From Laetmonice hystrix (taxonomy: Eukaryota), in assembly GCA_965235115.1 (NCBI GenBank), contig OZ249436.1, positions 14,138,001 to 14,202,000 on the forward strand: 64,000 bases of DNA, in the 5' to 3' direction. The position numbers were made by a program, and so were the translations under genes. This document shows, piece by piece, positions 52,522-64,000 of this stretch. Numbering within the stretch: position 1 is the stretch's first letter; every line of letters starts with the position of its first letter. The notes under the pieces were generated by a model that saw only the letters and a program-made list of their open reading frames with translations, did not search any database and was not told the origin of the DNA.

Positions 52522-55500
52522 AGTGTTACCCTGGGGCCCTTGTATCTCAACCTGGTCATGCGGTGATGCCTTGGAGAATGGTCACGATCCTTTATAGGTG
52601 TGGTCAACAGAGCTTTCATTTATGTTTGTGACATTTTACGGAAGCAGTTCGGGAAAGGCCGCAAAAGGGCACAGGGAAATGGAATATCCTTGGCTGGGAG
52701 AGTGGCCGGGTTGTATGACGGCGGTGTGCGGAGGGACCGTGGTAGCGCCGAGTGCCCCGAGTATGTCTTGGAGGTAATGACGACATCAAACTAATTGAGG
52801 CGTGCTGTGGGGAGGCCGTCCGGGGTGTTCGCGGGGAGGTTTGGGGAGTCCACCGGCTCACATAGAACCGGGACCAGCATGAGGTGACTGAGGCTGAGCC
52901 GATGGGGCTCCCCCCACCACCCACCCACCCACCTCTAACCTCCTCCCCCTCATTGTGGGCTGCTCTAGTCTGTGGGATCCAGAGATCGAGAGGTCAGCAG
53001 CATGGCGGCGCCATAAGTCTCCATCAGGTCCCTAATCCTCACTGATGAATCGTTTTCACGGTCAACGCAAAGAAACCATCTTGTTTGCTTTGACGTTATT
53101 GAACCATTTTGAACACCATGTATTTTCTGTCTGAGATATATTGTTCGTAAATTGGAGAAGATTGCCACAAATTTTTATTCTTCTGCTCTGCACCTCTGCC
53201 ACTCGAAAGTCCAAGAGCATTGTGAAATTGAATTCGTTTCGATGAAAGCTCACAAAGTAATTTACGGAACTACCAAAAGGTGAATTCAAAGGTATTTAAT
53301 TCATGCTGTTACGTTGTAAAAGTAATATCTTGGGACGGAAGAAGATCCATGATAAAAAAAACCGGGACGCAATCAGTCTGCACGAGCTCCACCAAGGCGA
53401 CAGGCATAGACTGCATTCATTCCGTGATTTGGGATTTCATGGCCTACGTACTAATTAACTGCAGTAAATGAATCAGAAGATGAAAACGAACAGCTGGGGT
53501 ACGATTGAGTACCTGGTATGCCGTTTCAAAGTGATTTCACTAGAGTAACGTAATAAAAAGAAAAGGGCATATTAGCATTTATTACCATAGCAGCTTATCT
53601 ATTACGCATAGCTTTAATCCATAGATCAATATTGAGTGTTTATCTTTCTGCCATCGTTCAGTGGTGATAAAATGCGGCAGCGTGATTTTGAACCGACAGA
53701 GTGGTGCCTTCAGTGATAAATGAGAAAGCAGCTTTGTGAACGGTAGCATCGTGTTTAAAGTTGTAACCGTCCAGGGTGGCGCTCGTCGACCTGCTACCAG
53801 ATAACGGCGCCATTTCACTCCCCACGGATTCAGTGCTATTAATTCTACCCCCTGTATCTGCCGACCTCAACCTTCATTCCGGTCATCTCGCCTTTTTGGG
53901 TCTTCCTGGCAGGATCGTGGTGGAGATCAGTGAATTAGGTACTTTATCTCTGATCACTGCCGGGAGATCAAAGACTTCCAGTCACAATTTCATCAGTTTT
54001 CGCTCCCTCCTTTCCCTTTGATTCATTTAACATTGTCGGTGTGACGGAGGACAACCCAAGTCAGTTATTATGTTTCCGTTTCTTTGATCACCTTGGCCGA
54101 GGAGAACTTCTTATTTTTCCAAGTGATGAGGAGAAATCAACATGTGTGGCATCCTTACCAATCGGTTTTGGTGACTTGAAAGATGTGATTCACAGTGCAT
54201 GGGCGCACCAAGTGGGAAAAGATGGAGTTCCTGTCAAGAATATGACTGGGAGCCTGGATAATCTTAACTCTCCCATTCCACAGTTGACGCATAGTGGCAT
54301 CCTTTGTAGTTCATTTACATCACAACATTTAAAGTACTGGCATTATAAGGAGCCTTTGCTCGGAAACCATAGAAACTAGGTCCGCCATTAATTTTTTTTT
54401 TACTTATTTGTTTATCATGACTGATTCGAATAGATGCGATTGGGTATTAAATAGAAAAAACATTAATGATAAAAGCCAACTAAAAAAGTCCATACGGATA
54501 TTCGATATGACTAACACTTTCATTTACTCTTAAAATGAATGATTACAATTACTGTATGTTTTAAGGTGGATAATTGTAGACTCATATTTGTAACAGATAA
54601 AGAAAAAATTATCTTAAATAACAAGAATCGGAACAATAATGATGCAGAGTGAACGAATGAATATTACATTAGGACATAGAACATCGACTTTTTACGGCCT
54701 CGAAAAAGCACCTCAATTTTGTCGGGTAGAAAACGTTAGTATGGCAAGATCGTCAGTGTGACAAGGATGTTCTATGTGTGGTTTATTTATGGTGATGATG
54801 TCTGACCCGCAAAGCGACCCATCAAATAACATGAGCGCGAGAGGCCACACATCCCTGAAACACCTCGTCACATGTTGATGATGTATGGCTTCAACGCTGG
54901 TGACAGGGTCAGACAAGCTTGGTGAATACCCCGGTCTCAAGGGGCTTCATATTGGAGCGCCTGAACATGTAAGGATCAGGTGTAATTAGACCCCAGAGTG
55001 AGTAGGATTAAACCCTTTACATTAGTAACTCCTACTCTAAGCCTGACACCTGGTGGCCAGTAAATCCATCAATCGGTGACAGGGCTTCCGTTCTTTCAGG
55101 GTCGTTCAATATATGAGTTGCTTCAGTTATGCAGTGTTGTATCATCAGGAGCGGCTATACCCCACCCCCGACCGAACGTAGCCATTATTTGCTCAGTGTT
55201 AGGGGACTCGGGACATATCACTTTCAACACCTTTACTTAGCTTTATTACGAATCGTGCAAATATATGTGCAGCATTGCTACTCTGAACGAACAATTTCAC
55301 ACAGATAACAATAAGCCAAGAATGCAGACACATTTCAGAGGCACTTGTTTTTCTTCTTATGTCTAGGTAAATAAGGTATACATTGCGTAAAGGAATTTGT
55401 TGGGCAAAATCATTTAAATAACTTACAAGGGATAAGAAAGGCCAATCGACCTGACATGGAAGCAATATTAGCTTGCTCGCCAGTCTTCCCCTCGGGAGCC

Positions 55501-58500
55501 TGTTGTTTTGCGGGCTAAGTCAGCACAGAGTAGGCAGTGTTGATCCCTTTTATGTTTTGTCTTGTCGTCACATTCCCCTCACATTAACCAAATATTTGTC
55601 AATGCTAAAATCAACATAACCTTGATTTCAAGTGATCAAAGACATGGTCAGTACTTGCCCACTTCCAAGAAACTTGTTTTCTTACTAGACATAAAGACCG
55701 TGTTTTATCATGGGTTTTATGTCTGTATTTTTAGCTAGTGTACCAGCGTCACCCATGCTATTGTTGTTCTGTTGTCGTTTTTTCACACATTCTATGATAC
55801 ACTGTTTAAATATTAGGTTTTATATATATGACGTGTTTGGCATCATTTTATAGATGTTACACCCCTGAATGGCATCATCACAAACATGTTGTGCATTCAA
55901 TGCTGGCATGATATTTTGAATAGGAATAAGGATTTCGAATATTGACCACTGCTAGACTGTTGACACTTGTTTTTGTACTATAAAGAAATCCAAGTTAACA
56001 GCTTGTCGTACCAACCATGAAGACTGTTTAAATCATGTACATAGCCAGACTGCCTACTGCTATACGAGACAGAATCAACACGTATTGCGCCTGTCGTGAA
56101 AGCTCAAAATCAATCAAAAAGAGGCGTGTAAAAAAATGATGACACATCCAGAGCAATCCGACGTTTGAAATCGCGAAATGCAAGATGAAACTGGAAAAGC
56201 CACACAATGTTCGAATTCTTCTTCAATCTTGTTCATTATCAATGCGATAAAATCATTATTGTCTTATGTATTTAGCAGACAGCAATATAAGTTTCAAAAC
56301 GTTTGCGAAGGTAAATTACGCATGTATACATAGTGTCTGTCGTATGTCAAAAAGGGGGAAAACGGGCATTCGGCCGTCACATCTTTCTATTTCTTTCTTA
56401 GATAAAGCCTTCATACTGTATCGCCATCCCAAGGGGCCGGTGGGTGTGGCCCAGATCTGTACAGGCGGCTAGGGTAGTACATGAAAAAACGATTTAACCA
56501 TGGTCCTCTGTGTGCTCCTTGACCGCCGCATGAACTCCAAGCTAATGAATGCGGCGAATTAATTAATAAATGTCTAATCCCCGGTACATGGTCCCTGGTA
56601 GCTCAGTACCAAGTGAAGCATGGCTCGGGTCGTGTGGTCGACGGGTAATTTACACGCTCAAGCCAGAAGTCCTTGAGGTAAAATTATTATTGATTTTTCA
56701 GGGGATCACAAGTCAGGTGGAGATGAGGAGGCTTATGGTCACAAGAGAAGGTCACATGATGGTCGGCAATTGTTTGCATAGCGTGTGTGGTGATTCATTA
56801 CCTAAAGATATCCAGACATGCATGCAGGGTTTTCTGGCTCACAGGGTCTGACACCGTCGGCAAGCACCTGCCATCTATGTTTTGGTATCACTCTGTAATA
56901 TGTGAGTTCCCCTCAGGCACATACAGTGAGAATTCTAAGCTACTCCCTGCTCTTCTAAATATTGCTTAAAGCTTTGAAGGGTATTTTCTTGGACAAACTT
57001 CAGATAGGCGACAGCAACATTTCAGACTCGGCGATGATGGTTGTATGTTCTAAAATATATTACAACTAAAAGCAAAGAGTCTTTCGAAATTCATTGGGAA
57101 GTGAACCAATGACAGAGGCACGTCCGGCTCTTTGGCACGTCATCCCTGTAACCGATGAACGGCCCTGAAGTGTGCTGTAACAAGATGAATGTTTACATTG
57201 AGGACATTGACAGTCGCCTTGACCACTCAATCCTAGCGGTCATCTGGCCGCAGGGCCCTCTGACTCAGTCAGTCAACCCTGCTGATCGGCTGACCGGAGG
57301 ATCTATCTGGACGGATGGATCACTTAGTCAGCCCCTGGTAACCCGCCCTGCCACCCACCCACCGACCCACCACCACCACCACCACCACCACCGCCCGCCC
57401 GGCTCCCAGCCTCTCCTCGGCTCGGAGTTTACGCCAATCCCTGGAGTTCTTTGTTAACTGTCCTCAACAAGACAGCTGTCATTAGAGCAGAGATCAAAGG
57501 AATCATTCACACTTCATTGTTCGTGATTACACTAAAGGGAGTATAAAGACATCACACTAACGTTTCGAAGTATTTTGAATTGCGATGTGAAACTGATATA
57601 TTTTTCCCCATCCTCTGCTTCAAAGGATCAATCTTGACCGTGTAATTCGACGGTAAAAACGAAGACATGAGGAAGGAGGTTTTGAACGTATTCATGGTAC
57701 AGCCGGGTAGAATTCCCTGTTCCAAGTGCCCTACAACCAAGCACAAGAGGATATGGTGTTGTTTGAGACTTTTTTCCCGGCAGCGTTGCACGTTCCATTA
57801 TTGGCGGGGCCGATGGCATCCGAGAAATCAATGGCAGTGGGACCCGATGGCTTTCAGCAGATGGCTCGCAGACAGGGTCCCGCGCCTAGGTCATTCCCAC
57901 TGCCCACCTTAATCTGATGAAATACCAAATTTCCTTTTTACAGGCAATAGATTGAGTAGGTCTGTAGGTCACAGTGCCCAGGGGATCTCCGTGAAGATTA
58001 CGCCAGCAACAATCGCCATAGTCCCTCGCAGCATCCTCCCTGCAGAGGGTGCTGAGATCGGTATACCGCTACAATCATATATCATACCCTCACATACTTC
58101 GCGCTGAAATTCTTTCATATCGTGAGAGCCAAAAGAGACTACTAGCCGCCTCCGGTCGACACATAGCAGATAGTTTCCAGGCTTAATCACCTGAGTGTGT
58201 GCCATCCATTCTCTATGAACAATTCCACGCTCTTCCCTTCGTCTTTCTACGTCGATTCGTGTCAAATATCGTAACAAATGCCTGATCCGATAAATGCATT
58301 TGTAATGTCACCTCAGACAGAGGCGTTACGCATAGAAATGTGGGTAAAAATGGCTGCACAATACCATGGCCTCTGTGCCGTTTTGTCGCTGGCTTCATCC
58401 TTCCTATTCATCCCTAGGTAATTCCTGACCAAGAGGAGATAGTCAACAGAGAACCAATCCATCTCAGGAACTGCCATCCACGAGCCGCAGTTTCCGCCAA

Positions 58501-59704
58501 TCGTTCTTCCATGCATTGCATTAGCTCTTTTCTACGACCAAAGTGGAATTTCAAATATTTCTATTTATTTTTTATAGACATACCATGTACATAAATGAAT
58601 GCATTATTACACACATGCAGAGTCTTTCTATACACCATTGTTATAAATATACATTAATAGGGAGATTTTGGAGTTCGTTTGGATGATACGTTATGCTATA
58701 GGGGGATGGGTGCAGTAATCTTAGGGCCAGGGCTCGATTCCACTGGGATGTTATACTCATTAAATTTCTCTATTGGAACATTGTAAAAAGGTTAACTGGG
58801 TTAAGCCTTTACATAGTGTATAGGTAGAGCCCTTCACTGTGTCCGTAATAAAAACATAGATAATTTCTTGCATGAAGGGGAGGGGAGTACATCACTTAAA
58901 AAGCTGCACTGCTGGAGTAATTGGTTTGGTTTTCTCCTTTTTGCCTTTTTAAAGTAGCAAGACTGATGTCTAAGTCCCCAAGCCTGACCCATCACAATGG
59001 ATGAGAGGGGGCACCCTTTAATATACAGAACACCATTGCTCAGGGTGAAATTCTGTCGGTGATATCACTAGTAGACACAGCACGGCCTCTCTACAACCGA
59101 CACTGTTTACTTCATCCACATATTCCATACTAGATCCTTATTTAGATCCGTCAGGTTGAATTGGTATGGACAACTTTTTTTTATGTAAATATCCATAGAT
59201 AAGGAAAGCCGTTGTTTCTCTGTCGTTCATAATAGTCACTGTCCCCTTCTGAAAATTTCATTTCGTCCTGATAATTTGAAATAGTAGACCAAGTGTAAAC
59301 AAATCATTCACTTTGTTTTAAGTGTAATAATATGACTAGAGTCATTGTATACTATTAAATGAAATTATTCAACTACGACATAGAATGAGAATTATGTATT
59401 ATGATATGCCGCCATACCAGTATATTTATACAGTTACAGTTATTATGCCAACTGCATTTGAATATTATTATGCATTTTTGACACTCCAGTCTATTCCGGC
59501 TACACATTTTTGCCAAATATTTATAATGATCTCTGGAAATTGCAGCTTTCGAAACCTTTCCAGAAATCGCCTTTTCTATTGGGTATTGGTTATTCCAAAA
59601 GAAACTCCTGTAATTAAATATTATGTGTTTTAACCACTTTTACCTCTGTGATTAAAATATTTTAATTTCAAACTCTATATTCAGCCTTCATGGCATGAAA
59701 TAGC

Positions 59705-59900
59705 ATGGAAGACTGTTCTTCATATTTCAGACGTTTCCTTCCATCCACTGAGGGTTCTATTACATTTCAATGCTGTCTCTAAGAGGGTCTTAAGAACCGT
59801 TGATCCACAGATCCGATGTTCAAGATTCATTTGGCTCCACCATACTTGTGCTGCAGGTCTGGTAAAAGAGAACTTCAGCTACAGGCTGTAGTGATCATTA
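59705..59900 (-). pseudogene. Possible RTE-like LINE C-terminal remnant
   Basis: LKTLLETALKC.. and SVDGRKRLKYEEQ resemble the RTE ...GRPxLRYKD region. Highly decayed. Confidence 0.3.
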
Positions 59901-62900
59901 ATGACGGTAGTTGAATGAGCGGGAGCTAATGATATCAAAACTCCATCCTTTATCACTCCACTGCCGCTGGTTTTATGACAGTCGATGTGACTCACCCTCA
60001 TCCATCCTCGTTTTTTAAAAAAAACCTGCTTCTCACTTAATAAGATGAAAGTCCCGTTGCTCTCCCAACTGTGTTTCGGAGGTGTCCTCGGCCTCCAATG
60101 TATTACACTGCCTGGACAAGCTGTCAGCTCCTGTAGTATGTATCTTTTAACCACCTAATTATATACAACGATCAAACTGATTAGATTTTAAGAGATATAA
60201 TTTGAAAACGAAGGAGTTTCCAGGTATTAAAATTAATGACCTGCCTGTTTATTACATGGTAATGTACACCGATTTGCTGGATAGCAGGAACTTATTAATG
60301 TTCTTACCATTGAGTATGCATGGAGTAATGGTCGCTACCAGTAATTAGACGTACGGAAACAAGTTTGGCCACGTGGGACTAAGGAAATGTATGTATATTT
60401 CCTAGCCTTGGGTACGGTTCAAAGACCCATTGATGTTCTGTGACTGGAGGAGAGAGATGGATCGATTTCTGAGGCCGTTCTGAACTATCAGAAGATGTTA
60501 AAACATTGGCGCTAATGTCCTGTTGGTTTAGCGGCGTTACTGTTGTGGTTTGGTAGGGAGAGAGGGGCAAAGAGACACACACACAGACACTGAGAGAGAA
60601 AGAGAGGCATGCAGACATGTAAACCCATTGATTGACTAGCAGAAGATAAAGATACCAGTGTTGACACCCTCAAGATGTACGAATGGCGTTATTAGTACCA
60701 GCACGAACCACCTAATTGAATTTTCTGGAGAACAAAAAAATACTAATTCTGCTCGCAGACTACATTTAATTTTGTTCTTTAAGCTCTGTTTTTAATGCAG
60801 TAATCATGAGGCGAATTTCCCAGTGGGACTTGACAGAGCTCATTAACTGATCTCAAACTTTGATGAATCAATCATTGTTGGAATAATTCTTATTATTTTC
60901 ATGCAGGACTTTTATGAACATGAAACTTTTATTAATTATATTTATTTAAAACATGTATAACAATTGTTTAGTATCAGAGAGTAAAGCCAAATCAGCCTAT
61001 ATGTCAGTGAGTGCATTAAGAATTGTACAACCTGTCGGCAGTACATCAGCCATCTTCAAGGCTAGAAAGAACCTGTTTAAACTTCTTCGATCATTGGACC
61101 TCGCTATCCGATCAGCCTATATGTAAGTGATTTGATAAAGGAATGCTAATCGAGAAATGGATCATTCTTGGTGGTAGAGGTAGTATGATCAACTGGCCGT
61201 AAACTCAGCTTAGGCGTATTTAACACAAGGAAAGGTACAGAGTGTCAGTACATGTATACGTAGAGTGAATACAGACAGAAAGCCATGGGAATCGTCTATA
61301 ATATAGGTGGTCGGTATGATGATTGGACGCATGATGATGGTCCAGCAATGCTGTAATCATGTATGATACTGCGTGTGGACCCATGGCCAGGCCCAGTTCC
61401 CATCAGCCAGCGCCATCGGAGGCAATTATTCTTGTGCTTGTGATCAACCATAATATAGTCACAGTGTCCTCCTTCTCACATCAAACCTAGGATGTTATTC
61501 AGTTTTGTAGAATGGGCAGGTTTTCGAGATTGGCAAATCTCACTCTCCCATTGGTTTGGCAGATAATTTATGAGTTTTAGATCCGGAGGTATAGGTTTTC
61601 GTATTTCTCATTGGTTTCTACCCATAGCGGTGTGTATACCGGTAAGACATAAAAGGCCCGATTTTTCATCTTGTCAATTTGCGGAGCCCATTCGGTAACC
61701 CATGGACCTCATAACCGTGAGCCCATGTTTCCGCCCCGTTCTCAATCAAATTTGTAATATGACCCTTGCCTTAGCTTAGCGAGGGGACAGAGATGGTTAG
61801 AAGGACTCTCACAGTACATTGACTCAGGACAGCAACATAAAAGAAGGGCATAGATTAGAAAGGTAGTTGAGGAAATCACTGACCCCTTTTTATACTGGCA
61901 TTTATTTCCGCCAATAAAATGTCGAGATGCAGGTGAACCTGCAGCTTCTTTTTATATTTTTGTAGTTCCCCTCATTATCCTGTTGCTATCTAGGACGTGA
62001 ACCTTGCAAAACTCGGGCTCTGTGTCACATAGGTCTGTGGTAAATGTAGATCAAAAGTTAACACTAAGTACAATGTTAGCTAGAAAAATTAATGTGTGTC
62101 GTTTGTAATATCTCTACTTGGGAGGAATGAAAAATGACAATATCTATCTTTGTAAATGAAGCGGTAGAAAATGTTGAAAATGGTTTTGACAGTTCAGTAT
62201 CGATAGAGACTTATTTGTCTCAGCTGATTTGTACCCATATCATAAGATTGGAGATAGCGGACATGTTTATCTCTCATTTACATCGGTCGTCCCACTCACC
62301 ATATTTTTCTGATTTTGTTTCGCTCGCACTATTACTTGCGCACCTTTTTACTCACGCCTCACGCCTCTGCGCCATGTTGTTTAGGTTTCAGATTACAACA
62401 TAAATTTACATTGGTGATTATAGTCTAAGTAAAAGGTGCATATTTAAAATATATATGCCGCTAGGTTATAGTCAGATTAATATTGTCAAGGCTATTTCAA
62501 ATTGACATGGATATATCGAAGACCGGACATTTTGCTGTAGGCATTTCAAATAAGAATTCCTCATTAAATATAGTCTTGATGGGAACTTTCTTGTTTATTA
62601 AAGAGTTCTTTTTAAATTCAGTAACACTGAAACTGCCAAACAGATATGCACGGACAGATACACACATGCCTGCTCTCATATACCGATCCCCGCCTCCAAC
62701 AAAAACACACACTTATCCGATATTTTATGTTTGTTCGACACGAGTCGGCGATCTTTGCATTAATCACATGTGATGATATATAATACAGCATATTATTACA
62801 GCACTTATTACAGCCGATGTTTTTACGGCTGAGTATATAGCGAGAGAATGAAAGAAAGACGGGAGATAAGGGGGTAGATTATAACAGTACATGTTGCATA

Positions 62901-64000
62901 CCAGTATACTGGAAAGGTACCTGCTTACCTTCTTTATACCAAAAGATATGTCCTCAAATTCCAGGAGAAAAACATTAACCTGAAGGAAATCACGTTTAAA
63001 CCACTCACATTTTACAAAGAACATATTTGTAAGCATTTGATTACATTGTTTCATTTATTTTTTATTAAGTGAGGTGGTTTGGTTGCTGGATAAATGATGG
63101 TAATTGGCAAAATGCATGACAGTGTTTGACAAATGACACAGAGATACCATGCACATGAGAGGCACGGAGGCGTTGTAAATCCAGAAATCGATCGAGTAGA
63201 TTTATTTATGCATGCTGTCTTCCTAATCACATGAAAGCTAACTTGCACAGTGTTTCTTTATCGCCATGAACATTTACTGTTGTTTGAAACTGAAAAGTAC
63301 AAACGTTTATGTTTGTGTTGAATTATAACGTGATGTCTGATTATTTCATAACGTGACTGAGTTCTTGCCATGTTTGTTTGAACATCAGAAAACCATTGGA
63401 TGAGTCAGCATTCAAGGGCAAGCTTTTTCTTAACAGTCGCTACCTCCGACAACTGCCAATCTCTGATGGTCTACCACAAATTGAAATCACGATGTACTCC
63501 CATATATAAATCTGGCCGTAGTCCGGTAACAGCTACCCCGGTAATAATTTGGCAAATATATATTATGACCATGTTGGAGCAATATGATTGACTGTGTTTA
63601 TGGTCTCTTTGAAGTCTAAATGGTGTAAACGAACATTTGTATTTTCCATTCTGCATCAAGATACTATGTTGCAGTGATAAAAAAGAACGTACTCAATCAT
63701 AATAAATATTCAGATGGGAACCGAAGCACTTAGTGAACATGGTATTGGTGTGTCGCGGAAATGAGAATTTTTCCGGCTTAAAGGTTACCTATTAACCCAG
63801 ATCGTACGACATACAAGATATGCATATTCATGATGCCAGTAATCCAAAGCATTACAAACTCACACAGCAGCTTTTCTAGACGGCTGGACTCGTGTATCAA
63901 GTAGGCCCTATACCAAGACCTTTATTTAAGCCAGCAGCACATATAATTTGGTGTAATGTCATTTTTAGACAGCTTTTTTATTGACCACAAGTCTGAACTT

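Noticed and set aside
57155..57457. Poly-His protein
   Set aside because: The His run comes from a (CAC)n microsatellite; no other coding support.
57550..58520. Decayed coding region on the minus strand
   Set aside because: ORF fragments cluster here, but I recognise no motif to support a call.
58715..58760. tRNA gene or SINE head (B-box-like gctcgattcc)
   Set aside because: No A-box or cloverleaf can be built.

Overview
This is AT-rich, repeat-rich eukaryotic (invertebrate-like) DNA. I could not support any intact host gene, rRNA, tRNA or CRISPR array, and most listed ORFs are short and look spurious. The main feature is a 7.3-kb tyrosine-recombinase retrotransposon on the minus strand (45227-52521) with Ngaro-type split direct repeats: A1 ... 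SGNH hydrolase - gag - RT - YR ... B1-A2-B2. By eye its repeat copies are identical, yet every ORF is decayed and the RT catalytic half and RNase H appear to be missing. It also has a dyad-symmetric A/B junction around a TTT core shared with both ends, an SGNH/GDSL hydrolase placed upstream of gag and split by a 321-bp insert with a 23-28-bp duplication, and a non-coding 165-bp tandem array in its leader. Elsewhere there is a homogeneous 30 x 53-bp palindromic satellite (29.2-30.8 kb), several MITEs, LINE fragments, small hairpins and duplications, and a possible decayed NLR-like gene. All protein assignments come from motif recognition by eye; no database searches were run.
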